Source: a virus
Lineage: Duplodnaviria; Heunggongvirae; Uroviricota; Caudoviricetes
IMG/VR virus record: IMGVR_UViG_2874945390_000008
DNA length: 59,499 bases
Reading direction: 5' to 3' (one strand)
The position numbers were made by a program, and so were the translations under genes. The notes below the pieces were generated by a model, which was not told the DNA's origin, searched no databases, and saw nothing but the letters and a program-made list of their open reading frames with translations. The number at the start of each line of letters is the position of its first letter. Positions within the stretch are counted from its first letter, which is position 1. This document shows, piece by piece, positions 30,325 through 40,189 of this stretch.

Positions 30325-31405
30325 TATCCACTCCCGGCATCGGCAGAGAGTTGTGGATAATTATTTCGTTATTCTCACCACCCACGCCTTTTTTGAGGTT
30401 TTCAATCTCAGTGCACAGCTTTTCGTTGCGAAGCCTCAGTCCTTCAAGCTCCAGATCATTGCGACTGTCAGTTGCACCACCAGCAGAACTTCCTTTCGTC
30501 GCCATTATCAGCTTGATAAGTTCGCGCCGGGCGGCAGCCTTATCCTCCAGCAGGATCTCAACACCAAATTTCCCGAGCTTTGCCCCTGCATATAATTGTC
30601 GCGCATCCCCATCAAGCAGAGTGGTATCAGCCATATAAAGCTGTCCCGTTCCCTCACCGCAGCACTTCGGACAATCCGGATTGGGTATGGCGTTATCAAC
30701 AAAGCCGAGGCCTCCATATTCCGGCTCGGGTTTGCCATCTCTGGAGGCCTGTGCCGCTGCCTTATCGAATTCTGCAATATCACGCCACTGGTAGAGATGA
30801 TTCTCGCCCCAGCAATAACGGCAGTTAACACGGCGAAATTGTGCCAACTGATTGGGGTCGGCCTGGACAATAGCCATCAACTGACTCACCAGTAAATCCA
30901 GGTCTGCGGTATAGCGTTTCTGATACTGATTGCGGAAGTAACTGATAGCACGATAAACCCTGGCATTTCTAAGCATACGGCTGGCGTTGCTGTTAGCTGT
31001 CGCACCTTGCCCCTCATAACCAGCCAGTCGGTATGCCTCTGTCGGCTTTTTCCCCTGAGCAACAAGCATCGCAAACTTAGCCTGCTGGTCAGAAATGCCG
31101 AATTCATCGGGGCAGAACGAAAATTCCTCCGCGTCGCCCTCATTCAGGCACGCATCGGATACTGGCTTTTTTTTCTGAGATTTTCCGTTCCGCTTTTGCG
31201 CAGTCTGCGCAGATTTTTTCTGCGCACTTTGTTGCGCAGTTTTACGCATTTCTGTCTGCGCATTTTTCGGAGGTTTTTTGATGTAACGACGGGCTGTTGC
31301 GTAATTCAGTCCCCTTGCTTCACACCATGCCACCGGAGATATACCGGAGCGGGTGTATTCAGCAATATACTCCTGCTGCAACGCCCCCCAGTCCGGTCTG
31401 CTCAT
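30314..31405 (-). CDS. Terminase small subunit
   Basis: MSRPDWGALQQEYIAEYTRSGISPVAWCEARGLNYATARRYIKK HTH-type N-terminus. Confidence 0.65.
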   Translation of the reverse strand: MSRPDWGALQQEYIAEYTRSGISPVAWCEARGLNYATARRYIKKPPKNAQTEMRKTAQQSAQKKSAQTAQKRNGKSQKKKPVSDACLNEGDAEEFSFCPDEFGISDQQAKFAMLVAQGKKPTEAYRLAGYEGQGATANSNASRMLRNARVYRAISYFRNQYQKRYTADLDLLVSQLMAIVQADPNQLAQFRRVNCRYCWGENHLYQWRDIAEFDKAAAQASRDGKPEPEYGGLGFVDNAIPNPDCPKCCGEGTGQLYMADTTLLDGDARQLYAGAKLGKFGVEILLEDKAAARRELIKLIMATKGSSAGGATDSRNDLELEGLRLRNEKLCTEIENLKKGVGGENNEIIIHNSLPMPGVDNVD

Positions 31406-31687
31406 CAGTTAGTCCTGATTTTTATCCACCCTGAGTAGTTCGCGCAGAGCAAAGGCATCCCCTTTTCTGGCAAGCTTAAACAATACCGCTCGTAACTTGG
31501 CTTCACCTTTCGCTCCGCCCTTACGGATGGACGCATAAAATCTCGCTCATACAGCCTTGCTTTATGAATAAAACGCACCCCAGCAGCCAGTGCTACTGGG
31601 GGCGGAGGTGTTGCTGGTAAAGTTAGGTATTGGATCAATGAGTGAGTCAACATAATATTAAACTCACAATTATAAATCAGCCATATA

Positions 31688-33145
31688 TTAGGAGCGCCAA
31701 AAAAAAACTGAAAACAATATAATAACAGGATAAATTTCAAGGCGACCAAGAATCATAGCTATGCACATTAAATATTTTGCAATGTCATTAAGCACTCCGA
31801 ATGACGATGCAGTAGCCCCAAAACCTAATCCCATATTATTAATACATGCAGCCACTGTTGCAAATGATGTAAGAAAATCATATCCCATACCATTTAACAC
31901 CAGTATAAAAAACACCGTGAAGAGAGTATAAAGAAAAAAGAAACTCCATACAGACCTCATGACACGATCTGTAACTATCTTCCCTCCTACATTTACACTC
32001 AACAACGCTCTGGGATGAGAAAGCTGGTTTATCTCGTGTTTGCTTTGTTTGAAAAGTATAAGAAATCGAAGTGACTTAATTCCACCACAAGTTGAACCTA
32101 CACATCCCCCAAAGAAACTTGACAACAGCAAAAACACTATCGTGTGCGTGGGCCAGTTTGCATAATCCTGCGTAGCTAAACCATTATCAGTGAGCATGGA
32201 GCTGGCAAGAAAAAACGAATGAATAAAACTTCCAGGCAAGTCATACATACCTATATGCCAGACCTGGAAAGAGGTAACAATGATCACCCCTAAGGCTATT
32301 AACAGAAAGAAACGAAGTTCAATATCTCTGATTAAAGGTTTTATCGTTTTCCTGCTAATAACAATATACCAAAGGGTGAAATTGAAAGCCGATAGCAGGG
32401 AAAAAGAACCAGCCACCAGCTCAACCAAATAGTTATTAAAATATCCGATACTCTCGCTATGAGTTGAGAAACCACCAAGCGAAACTGTGGATATCCCGTG
32501 ACAAATAGCATCAAACAAAGGCATTCCTGCAAGTCTATAACAGACAATACAAGCAATACCTAATAAAGAATAAGTTATCCAAAGTGTCCGTGACGTATCG
32601 GCCAGGCGGGGAGTAAGTTTGTCATCCTTAAATGGCCCCGGCATTTCTGACTGATAAAGCTTTGCACCACCAATACCCAATAATGGCAATACAGCAACCG
32701 CCAGAACAATAACTCCTAAACCACCTATAAAATTTAACTGTGACCGATAGTACAAATATGCCCGAGGTAATGAACTAACATCATCAATTACAGTTGCTCC
32801 TGTTGTTGTTATTCCAGAAACCCCTTCAAATAGAGCATCGATAAACGTTAAATTAAGTTCTGAGTCAATCCATAAAGGGAATGCACTAATAACAGAAAAC
32901 AAAATCCAAAACATTACAATTATAATAAACCCATCACGGGTACGTAATTGAATACCAGATTTCTTAGTTGTATACCACGCTCCGCCACCAATGCAAAAAA
33001 ATATAACGAAAGTTATAAAGAAAACGAACAGGCTTTTTTCTTTATAAAACAATGCTACAACCATTGGTGGCAACATTGAAAGACTATAGAGCCAAACCAG
33101 GAACCCACACATATGAGTAACAACTCTTACATGAGATGTATTCAT
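31688..33145 (-). CDS. trkG: TrkH/TrkG-family K+ transporter (Rac trkG-like cargo)
   Basis: MNTSHVRVVTHMCGFLVWLYSLSMLPPMVVALFYK... polytopic membrane protein; AT-rich; start at internal ATG 33145. Confidence 0.8.
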   Translation of the reverse strand: MNTSHVRVVTHMCGFLVWLYSLSMLPPMVVALFYKEKSLFVFFITFVIFFCIGGGAWYTTKKSGIQLRTRDGFIIIVMFWILFSVISAFPLWIDSELNLTFIDALFEGVSGITTTGATVIDDVSSLPRAYLYYRSQLNFIGGLGVIVLAVAVLPLLGIGGAKLYQSEMPGPFKDDKLTPRLADTSRTLWITYSLLGIACIVCYRLAGMPLFDAICHGISTVSLGGFSTHSESIGYFNNYLVELVAGSFSLLSAFNFTLWYIVISRKTIKPLIRDIELRFFLLIALGVIIVTSFQVWHIGMYDLPGSFIHSFFLASSMLTDNGLATQDYANWPTHTIVFLLLSSFFGGCVGSTCGGIKSLRFLILFKQSKHEINQLSHPRALLSVNVGGKIVTDRVMRSVWSFFFLYTLFTVFFILVLNGMGYDFLTSFATVAACINNMGLGFGATASSFGVLNDIAKYLMCIAMILGRLEIYPVIILFSVFFWRS

Positions 33146-33282
33146 ATCTAAATATTCTTTCAATTATAACCACCTTGCTGCAACATTATGATTATACTGT
33201 ATAAAATTTAACTCCTCTAAGATCTTACTTCACTGTTCCTTATGAAACAATCATCAAAATGAATCATATTGTAGTTAAGATT

Positions 33283-33747
33283 TTACTTTAAACACTGTTC
33301 GGTTATGTATTGCTGAGCACCTTCAAGTTGGGCCTGCATCATTACCAGTCGTTCCCGGAGGGTGAAATAATCCCGTTCAGCGGTGTCTGCCAGTCTGGGG
33401 GAGACTGCATTATCCACGCTGGAGGCGATGGTGGCTTCACGCACGGACGGACAGACTGCTTTGATGTGCAACCGACGACGACCAGCGGCAACATCATCAC
33501 GTAGAGCATCATTTTCAGCTTTTGCATCAGCTAACTCCTTCAGGTATTTTGCATCGAGTGCAGCAACATCACGCTGGCGTATCTGCATGTCAGTAATGAT
33601 TGCGGTCGCCTGGTTGAGTTTTTCCTTCACATTATCGCGCTGCTCTTTGTAGGTAATGGCGTTATCACGGTAATGATTAACAGCCCATGACAGGCGGACG
33701 ATGATGCAGATAACCAGAGCGGAGATAATCGCGGTGACTCTGCTCAT
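33283..33747 (-). CDS. Rz i-spanin
   Basis: [44 protein letters not shown]... Confidence 0.85.
   Translation of the reverse strand: MSRVTAIISALVICIIVRLSWAVNHYRDNAITYKEQRDNVKEKLNQATAIITDMQIRQRDVAALDAKYLKELADAKAENDALRDDVAAGRRRLHIKAVCPSVREATIASSVDNAVSPRLADTAERDYFTLRERLVMMQAQLEGAQQYITEQCLK
33342..33527 (-). CDS. Rz1 o-spanin lipoprotein, embedded in Rz
   Basis: [24 protein letters not shown]... lipobox and Pro-rich tail, alternate frame within Rz. Confidence 0.8.
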   Translation of the reverse strand: MQKLKMMLYVMMLPLVVVGCTSKQSVRPCVKPPSPPAWIMQSPPDWQTPLNGIISPSGNDW

Positions 33748-34241
33748 TGCTGCCCCCACAAACAGACTTCACGCTCAATCTCACGACGGGTCATCAGCCC
33801 TTTCCATTGCTTACCGCCAGCATATGTCCAGCGACGTAGCTGGTCACATGCGCCTTTGATATCGCCCTGGTTTATTTTGCGAAGAAACGTCGATGTTCTG
33901 AAATTGCCAGCGCCCACGTTGTAAACGAACGAGTAAAGAGCGCCGCGCGTTGTTTCCGGTATATCGACTTTGATGTACGGGTTAATTTGTCTGGCGACAG
34001 TGGCAAGGTCTTTATTCAGGAGAGCTTTGCATTCTGCTTCGGTATACGTTTTACCAGGCATGATGTCTTTTCCGGTGTGTCCGTGACATACAGTCCATAC
34101 ACCAATGATATCTTTGTATGGTATGTAGCTGACACCTTCCAGACCATCGTTACCACCTGGGCCAGTGATTAACACAGATGCTATAGCAACAGCCCCGCCA
34201 CCAATAGCAACTGCAACAGCCTTGCGTAATGATGGCGACAT
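33744..34241 (-). CDS. SAR endolysin (T4-lysozyme-type)
   Basis: N-terminal Gly/Ala-rich signal-anchor [27 protein letters not shown] followed by a lysozyme-like domain. Confidence 0.8.
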   Translation of the reverse strand: MSPSLRKAVAVAIGGGAVAIASVLITGPGGNDGLEGVSYIPYKDIIGVWTVCHGHTGKDIMPGKTYTEAECKALLNKDLATVARQINPYIKVDIPETTRGALYSFVYNVGAGNFRTSTFLRKINQGDIKGACDQLRRWTYAGGKQWKGLMTRREIEREVCLWGQQ

Positions 34242-34456
34242 TATTCACCTCTCGCAGCCTTACGCTTATCTTCTCTTATTTTGAAATACAGATTCGTCAG
34301 ATAAGTCAGAAGCCCCAGAAGCAGACTTCCCAGCACACCAATCGCAGCCCACTGTGATGGACTGACCTGATCCAACCACTGCAAAAACCAGTAGCCGGCA
34401 CTGCCGGCGGAGGTGCCGTAGGCAATGCCTGTTGATATTTTTTCCATCTGATACAT
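34241..34456 (-). CDS. Holin (phage 21 S-type pinholin) with dual-start motif
   Basis: [71 protein letters not shown]; track ORF extends to 34558. Confidence 0.8.
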   Translation of the reverse strand: MYQMEKISTGIAYGTSAGSAGYWFLQWLDQVSPSQWAAIGVLGSLLLGLLTYLTNLYFKIREDKRKAARGE

Positions 34457-35136
34457 ATCCCGCCCCCCCGACAGACCTGTGCTATCGGAAAGAAAAAAGG
34501 CCATCAGCAAAACTCTGATGGCCTGAATCACCTTTACCAATATTGTATGAAAAAACACGCACGTCTAATTGACAATAATTTTCATTTCCATTAAAAAAGA
34601 TCGCGTAGCATTCTTAATTCATGAGGAACTTTACCCGCCAGCAATCTGAGTAGCGAAAGCTGTTCATCCCCAATGTTTTTGCTGGCGGGTCCTTTTTTCT
34701 ACGGTCCTCCTCCCCGGAGGGGGCATTTCATTATTTTTCTAATCATTACTGGTGAGAAGGCGGAAGAAAAAGCCAGTTCTTCGCCCCTAAATAACAGCAT
34801 GATTCCAGTCCATGCAAAATCTGATTTCCAGCTCACACATACCGAGCACTGTACAAAAAACCGCCAACCAAGGCAGTTAAGAGTGTGTTCCCGGGGTTTG
34901 CTTAGAATATTTTGTAAGTTGTCCGAAGAGATATTTACAACACCAGAATGATGCATTATCAGTCCCCTGCCAGAGGTTCACTACGTAACCTGACCGACAA
35001 TGCACCATTCTGGTGCTGAAAAAAGAGCACTGGAACTGCAACAAAACAACATCACAGAACAGGAGATGGTAAGGAGTCAGACATTCCCACACAATATTGT
35101 GTCAGTGCAAATAACAACCTTCGTCTCAAATCTCGC

Positions 35137-35211
<75 letters not shown>

Positions 35212-35214
35212 ATA

Positions 35215-35290
<76 letters not shown>

Positions 35291-35292
35291 GC

Positions 35293-35369
35293 TGGCCCAC
35301 CACCGAGGACTCGAACCTCGCACCGTCAACTTAGAAGGTTGATGCTCTATCCGGATGAGCTAGTGGTGG
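35293..35369 (-). tRNA. tRNA-Arg (anticodon UCU)
   Basis: rc folds with acceptor CCACCAC/GTGGTGG, anticodon loop CTTCTAA, T-arm CGAGGTTCGAGTCCTCG, CCA end. Confidence 0.75.
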
Positions 35370-35370
35370 T

Positions 35371-35447
35371 TGGTGGCCCTTGCTGGACTTGAACCAGCGA
35401 CCTGGCGATTATGAGTCGCTCGCTCTGACCAACTGAGCTAAAGGGCC
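35371..35447 (-). tRNA. tRNA-Ile2-like (anticodon CAU; tRNA-Met not excluded by anticodon alone)
   Basis: rc = GGCCCTTTAGCTCAGTTGGTCAGAGCGAGCGACTCATAATCGCCAGGTCGCTGGTTCAAGTCCAGCAAGGGCCACCA, close to ileX as I recall it. Confidence 0.8.
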
Positions 35448-35540
35448 GGAGACAGAATAATAACCATATGTCATCACATCTGCAAACTCATCTGACCACC
35501 AGCACGTTTAACGTCCTGTGCCGTTTTTCAGGTATAAAAA

Positions 35541-35566
35541 AACCCGCATAAAGCGGGCTCTTTCAA
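35541..35566 (-). terminator. Rho-independent terminator downstream of the 185-aa gene
   Basis: Minus strand gaaagagCCCGCtttatGCGGGttttttt. Confidence 0.55.
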
Positions 35567-35654
35567 ATGTCCATGTCTGCTATTCGCCTCGCAGTACAAC
35601 TTTGCGAAGCGTACCGGAACTGAAGCAGTTTATGGCTAAAATTGCAAGAACTTT

Positions 35655-36212
35655 TTAAAGCTGCATCAGCCTTTCCACCAGTTTATCTCTGCGAACAACA
35701 AACCAACCATTGGCTCTCGCCAGTTCCAGCCATGACTCAAGGGAAATAACAATATCATCATCCCGCAACTGAATTGTGGAAACAGTGACACCGCCTTGCT
35801 GATAACAGAGAACTCGCGTGTCGTAACTTTTCTGGCATGAAACTGGCGTTGACGGCTCCTTTTGACTGAAATAGCAGTCTTCCAGTTTTTCGAACACATC
35901 CCACGCCTGATCGGTTTCGAGCATTTTTGCGTGGCGGGCTGCGCCGCGTTCTGTCCAGAGAATGAGGGAGCGGGTTTTGGGAGAGATGGGATTTTGTGAG
36001 TAGTTTAAAGCTACCCGCAATTCTTTAAGGTCATTACCAACAACTTTGAAAAAGTGTTTCCCTTCAACGAAGCGTACTTTGTTCTCATGATGATTCTGGC
36101 GAATACGCACCGGCTCAGTGCCGTAAAGCTGCGCCAAAAGTTCGGTGGTAATAACAGGAATCTGGTTATAGGTAACAGGGGAAAGGTTTTTGACAGAAAT
36201 CTGAACAGTCAT
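35655..36212 (-). CDS. Phage antirepressor-like DNA-binding protein (ORF6N-type, copy X)
   Basis: MTVQISVKNLSPVTYNQIPVITTELLAQLYGTE...SLILWTERGAARHAKMLETDQAWDVFEKLEDCYF; paralogue at 40190..40735. Confidence 0.5.
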   Translation of the reverse strand: MTVQISVKNLSPVTYNQIPVITTELLAQLYGTEPVRIRQNHHENKVRFVEGKHFFKVVGNDLKELRVALNYSQNPISPKTRSLILWTERGAARHAKMLETDQAWDVFEKLEDCYFSQKEPSTPVSCQKSYDTRVLCYQQGGVTVSTIQLRDDDIVISLESWLELARANGWFVVRRDKLVERLMQL

Positions 36213-36470
36213 AACGACCTCGCGTTTCGATGGTTTTTAACTCACCACCTGCGACGCCAATCGCTGGGTGGTGAACTGTGCAGGGTTGGCGTAACCGGTC
36301 GAAACATCCGGCGAGTCTCTCAACTCCCCCACACAGCCCACCATAAATCGCGAATGTGACTGTGCTTAGCGCATAAAAAAACCGCCAGCGCGGTTATGCA
36401 CCGTTTTGAGGTAGCCTGAGTTTAACGGACACTCCTTCCTGAAATAGAATGGCATCAGAAGGAGCTAATA

Positions 36471-36773
36471 ATGAGCAGAAAAACCCAACGTTACTCTAAA
36501 GAGTTCAAAGCCGAAGCTGTCAGAACGGTTCTTGAAAATCAACTTTCGATCAGTGAAGGCGCTTCCCGATTATCCCTTCCTGAAGGCACTTTAGGACAAT
36601 GGGTTACCGCCGCCAGAAAAGGGCTCGGTACTCCTGGTTCCCGCACGGTGGCTGAACTGGAATCTGAAATTCTGCAACTGCGTAAGGCGTTAAATGAAGC
36701 TCGCCTTGAGCGAGATATATTAAAAAAAGCAACAGCGTATTTTGCACAGGAGTCGCTGAAAAATACGCGTTAG
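36471..36773 (+). CDS. IS600 OrfA
   Basis: MSRKTQRYSKEFKAEAVRTVLENQLSISEGASRLSLPEGT...; A7 slippery run at 36722..36728. Confidence 0.88.
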   Translation: MSRKTQRYSKEFKAEAVRTVLENQLSISEGASRLSLPEGTLGQWVTAARKGLGTPGSRTVAELESEILQLRKALNEARLERDILKKATAYFAQESLKNTR

Positions 36774-36808
36774 TCGAACAATGGCGACAACAATTCCCTG
36801 TTGAAGCG

Positions 36809-37627
36809 ATGTGTCAGGTATTTGGTGTATCCAGGAGCGGTTATTACAACTGGGTACAGCATGAACCCTCAGACAGAAAACAAAGTGATGAGCGGCTAAA
36901 ACTGGAGATTAAGGTGGCACATATCCGCACTCGCGAAACATATGGAACCCGGCGGCTCCAGACGGAGCTGGCAGAGAATGGCATCATCGTTGGTCGTGAC
37001 CGACTGGCACGTCTTCGTAAGGAGCTAAGGCTACGCTGTAAGCAGAAACGCAAGTTCAGAGCGACTACGAACCCGAACCACAATCTGCCAGTTGCGCCAA
37101 ATCTGCTGAACCAGACGTTCGCTCCTACAGCACCAAATCAGGTCTGGGTGGCGGACCTGACGTATGTTGCCACACAGGAGGGATGGTTGTACCTCGCTGG
37201 CATCAAAGATGTTTATACGTGCGAAATTGTCGGCTACGCCATGGGAGAGCGCATGACAAAAGAGCTGACAGGTAAAGCCCTGTTTATGGCGCTCAGGAGC
37301 CAGCGCCCACCTGCCGGGCTAATCCACCACTCTGATCGAGGTTCACAGTACTGCGCATACGATTACCGGGTCATACAGGAGCAGTTTGGTCTGAAAACAT
37401 CAATGTCGCGTAAAGGTAACTGTTACGACAACGCTCCGATGGAAAGCTTCTGGGGAACGCTGAAAAATGAGAGCCTGAGCCACTATCGTTTTAATAACCG
37501 GGATGAAGCCATCTCAGTAATACGGGAATACATTGAGATTTTCTACAATCGTCAGCGTCGTCACTCTCGTCTGGGGAATATCTCCCCGGCAGCCTTCAGG
37601 GAAAAATATCATCAGATGGCTGCTTAA
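36809..37627 (+). CDS. IS600 OrfB (made as OrfAB by -1 frameshift; track start is the first in-frame ATG)
   Basis: DDE transposase ...WVADLTYVATQEGWLYLAGIKDVYTCEIVGYAM...; -1 frame is open from the A-run. Confidence 0.85.
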   Translation: MCQVFGVSRSGYYNWVQHEPSDRKQSDERLKLEIKVAHIRTRETYGTRRLQTELAENGIIVGRDRLARLRKELRLRCKQKRKFRATTNPNHNLPVAPNLLNQTFAPTAPNQVWVADLTYVATQEGWLYLAGIKDVYTCEIVGYAMGERMTKELTGKALFMALRSQRPPAGLIHHSDRGSQYCAYDYRVIQEQFGLKTSMSRKGNCYDNAPMESFWGTLKNESLSHYRFNNRDEAISVIREYIEIFYNRQRRHSRLGNISPAAFREKYHQMAA

Positions 37628-37674
37628 AAAAAGAACAAATGGTAGTGTCCGCTATTGCCAGTACACCTCATTTC

Positions 37675-37735
37675 GATATCCGGGACGCCAATCCCGACGC
37701 CAGATTTTGCTGGCGCGTGAGGAATATAGCCCCGG
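37675..37735. repeat. ~60-bp conserved element, copy 1
   Basis: catccgggacgccaatcccgacgccagattttgctggcgcgtgaggaatatagccccgga also at 40940..41000; contains hairpin cgccag-attttg-ctggcg. Confidence 0.7.
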
Positions 37736-37748
37736 ATAACAGATTGAG

Positions 37749-38303
37749 TCAACAGACAGTTTTTAAATCCCCGGAAGAGAATGCATCACGCATCGGCAGA
37801 TAGAGCATAAACTCTGCCATTTTCAACCACGCATCTATGCGATTACGGCACGTGGCGTAACACCACTCAGGGTGTGAATCATTCAGCAATTCAGCCATTT
37901 TTCGCTTAGTCATCCCCCTCCCTTCATATCGTTGCCGGAGGATACAAATCAATCCTGGGTGTTCTGCCAGCACTTCACTAATCACCCGATCAATGCATAA
38001 CGCCTCTGCATCAGTACAATGCACCAGCCAGCTTTTTTGCTTGCCGTTGATCATATCCCGCAAAAAAGCCTCAAGTTCAGGTTTGTCCAGACCTGCTTTT
38101 TTCATCCTCCGGAGCGCCTCGTTAATTGCCGTTTTTGTCAGCTTTTTAGAGGCCAACAACTGGTTGAACATATTCCCCGTCTTACCGCCGCCAATATACG
38201 ACCAGCGCCCCCACATGCGCAGTTTTCCCTGAATCCAGACACTTTCCAGCGTGGTGAGACGAAGGTGTTCCCCGCTTTTGCCTGTATTTGTTGGGTAAAT
38301 CAT
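37749..38303 (-). CDS. Late-gene antiterminator Q-like protein (by synteny)
   Basis: Sits between ybcO-like and the tRNA/lysis region; start at ATG 38303 (MIYPTNTGKSG) overlapping the ybcO-like stop. Confidence 0.4.
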   Translation of the reverse strand: MIYPTNTGKSGEHLRLTTLESVWIQGKLRMWGRWSYIGGGKTGNMFNQLLASKKLTKTAINEALRRMKKAGLDKPELEAFLRDMINGKQKSWLVHCTDAEALCIDRVISEVLAEHPGLICILRQRYEGRGMTKRKMAELLNDSHPEWCYATCRNRIDAWLKMAEFMLYLPMRDAFSSGDLKTVC

Positions 38304-38590
38304 AAATAACCTTCCTTTCTCCAGATTTCTTGCGTGCGAAAAACACCTTCTGCATGCATCAGGCGTAATTCTTCTTTGGTGTAATCGCTTGTTTTTACCC
38401 GCCCGTCGATTAAATCGTGGCATGAGCTACAGGCAATCGCCGCCTGCATATCGTGTGGTTTTGTCGCTGTTCCGCACGTTCCCGCCAGTCGGTAATGCGC
38501 CAGCACAGACGTTTCCGGATCGTGATTGCAGTAGCCAGGAATTCTGACGGTGCACATCTGCCCCCGCGCCGCTTTACGTAAATCCACCAT
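38300..38590 (-). CDS. YbcO-like nin-region protein
   Basis: MVDLRKAARGQMCTVRIPGYCNHDPETSVLAHYR... Cys-rich 96-aa protein. Confidence 0.6.
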   Translation of the reverse strand: MVDLRKAARGQMCTVRIPGYCNHDPETSVLAHYRLAGTCGTATKPHDMQAAIACSSCHDLIDGRVKTSDYTKEELRLMHAEGVFRTQEIWRKEGYL

Positions 38591-39189
38591 TACGCAAACT
38601 CCAGTAGCTGCGCGGCCACATTTTCGACTTCCTCCGGAGAGGAGAATTTACGGAACAGGATCCAGTTCCACAGCACATTCAGTACAGATTTATAAACCTG
38701 CTGAAACTCGGTTTCGTCCATGTTCGCAAATGCGATAGATTTTGCCCTGCACCCACGACTACCATCAGGATAAATATGCTCGGTGTAAAATCCGGCCTGA
38801 ATGGTTACCCACTCGCGGAAAGCCTCAAACGACTTTAGCAATGCCGTATCACGGGTTCTGCGTGTCGCAACTGTATTCAGATATTGCTCTGCGGCTTCGC
38901 TCAGAGCTGGCGTATGTTCCCGGCCTACTGATTCACACAGGTAATCAACGAAACCGGACACCAGTTTTCGTTCGCGAGGCGTGATCGCCCCACCGACCGG
39001 AGTCCAGTAATCGAAACCCAGTTGCAGGAGTTTGAAAAAACGCTTGTGGAATGCGTAGTTACGCACACGCTTAAAGTCTGCGTGTATCCACTCACCTATT
39101 TTGATTTGATGCAGAAAATCGCAACTCTCCGGCGTCGCCGGGAGAAGTAATCCGGAAGAGGTTTGTTTGACCAGTTGTATATGTGCCAT
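38590..39189 (-). CDS. YbcN-like nin-region protein
   Basis: MAHIQLVKQTSSGLLLPATPESCDFLHQIKIGEW...; start at ATG 39189. Confidence 0.5.
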   Translation of the reverse strand: MAHIQLVKQTSSGLLLPATPESCDFLHQIKIGEWIHADFKRVRNYAFHKRFFKLLQLGFDYWTPVGGAITPRERKLVSGFVDYLCESVGREHTPALSEAAEQYLNTVATRRTRDTALLKSFEAFREWVTIQAGFYTEHIYPDGSRGCRAKSIAFANMDETEFQQVYKSVLNVLWNWILFRKFSSPEEVENVAAQLLEFA

Positions 39190-39227
39190 CGGCTTTCTCC
39201 GGTGGCACGGTGTTACACAGCAGGAGT

Positions 39228-39515
39228 TCAATCCTGCTCAAGATTGTAGATGAGTTTATTCTTCAGCAAAAGCAGAAAACCAGCCTTAAAACCAATCTCT
39301 TTCAAAACCCGTAATGATGTGACAAATTCGTCCTCACGCAAAATAAAACCGTCCGTCAGAAGTCCATTACAAAAATAAAATAACACAGCACCGCTCTTCC
39401 TTTGTTGAGATTGCAAACATCTAATGCGGCAATGGCTGACAATCGCTCCATTCTCAACGCGCACAGCATAGAGGCCATTTTCACTAAAAATTTCACGCAA
39501 TTCTTCGATTTTCAT
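39228..39515 (-). CDS. Hypothetical phage protein
   Basis: 95-aa ORF. Confidence 0.3.
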   Translation of the reverse strand: MKIEELREIFSENGLYAVRVENGAIVSHCRIRCLQSQQRKSGAVLFYFCNGLLTDGFILREDEFVTSLRVLKEIGFKAGFLLLLKNKLIYNLEQD

Positions 39516-39644
39516 CTTCAGAATCCTTCCAGATAAATAGCTCTCCCCTGTTCGGGGTCCATCCCTCTTCTCCCTGCGCGCTACTTAAGTGAGTCGATTC
39601 TATCTGCGAAGGTGCGCGAATCAAATTCACCGGAAATAAACAAC

Positions 39645-39695
39645 AAAAAACCCGCCGAAACGCTGAGAGATCACAGCGATGGGCGGGTTAAGTGC
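39645..39695 (-). terminator. Terminator at the 3' end of the hok transcript
   Basis: Minus strand aaCCCGCC...GGCGGGtttttt. Confidence 0.5.
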
Positions 39696-39764
39696 GGGTG
39701 CGTTGAGGATGCCTGACACATCAGAGGTGGGCGGGGATGGGATCAGCTCCCCGCCCGGTCACTC

Positions 39765-39920
39765 TTACTTCCTGGATTCGTAGTCTACGAAGACAGCGAC
39801 CTCCGTCTGGCCGGTTCGGATTCGTACCTCACAGAGGTCTTTCCTCGTTACCAGTGCCGTCACTATGACGGTTAAACAGATGACGATCAGGGCGACTAAC
39901 ATCGCCTTTTGCTGCTTCAT
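39765..39920 (-). CDS. hok: Hok/Gef-family type I toxin
   Basis: MKQQKAMLVALIVICLTVIVTALVTRKDLCEVRIRTGQTEVAVFVDYESRK; track ORF has a 19-codon in-frame upstream extension. Confidence 0.85.
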   Translation of the reverse strand: MKQQKAMLVALIVICLTVIVTALVTRKDLCEVRIRTGQTEVAVFVDYESRK

Positions 39921-40149
39921 AGCCTGCTTCTCCTTGCCTTCCGGCACGTAAGAGGCTAACCTACATGTGTCTAGCATGAAATTGGCCTCAGATTAATGTT
40001 AAGCGTCTTGCAGGACGCGTAATGTTAACTGGGGCTTCTCATCTGCCTTTTGGTGTTCATGCCTGAGACAGATAGCCTCAAGCACCCGCAGCAATTCTAC
40101 TTAACTTCCCTTTCACCGCAAATCATTTTATCCCCGGTGGTAATGTTCT

Positions 40150-40175
40150 CCCGATATGGGAATTCCCATATCGGG
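40150..40175. repeat. 26-bp perfect palindrome between the copy-Y gene and the hok leader
   Basis: cccgatatgggaattcccatatcggg. Confidence 0.8.
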
Positions 40176-40189
40176 GCTAATTTAACCAG

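Larger units (their letters stand above)
36407..37670 (+). mobile_element. IS600-like copy 2 (canonical 1264 bp)
   Basis: Same ends as copy 1; 3-bp direct repeat TTT (36404..36406 and 37671..37673). Confidence 0.88.

Noticed and set aside
31405-31749. 114-aa minus-strand ORF between terminase small subunit and trkG
   Set aside because: Overlaps the trkG 3' end in another frame; no RBS; likely non-coding spacer.
34673-34951. 92-aa plus-strand ORF between holin and tRNA-Gly
   Set aside because: Pro/Gly-rich start, no RBS, lies in what is probably the late-operon leader region.
36054-36359. 101-aa plus-strand ORFs antisense to the antirepressor-like genes (also 40580..40885)
   Set aside because: Both copies are conserved only because the underlying gene and leader on the other strand are conserved; Arg/His-rich composition typical of antisense frames; no RBS.
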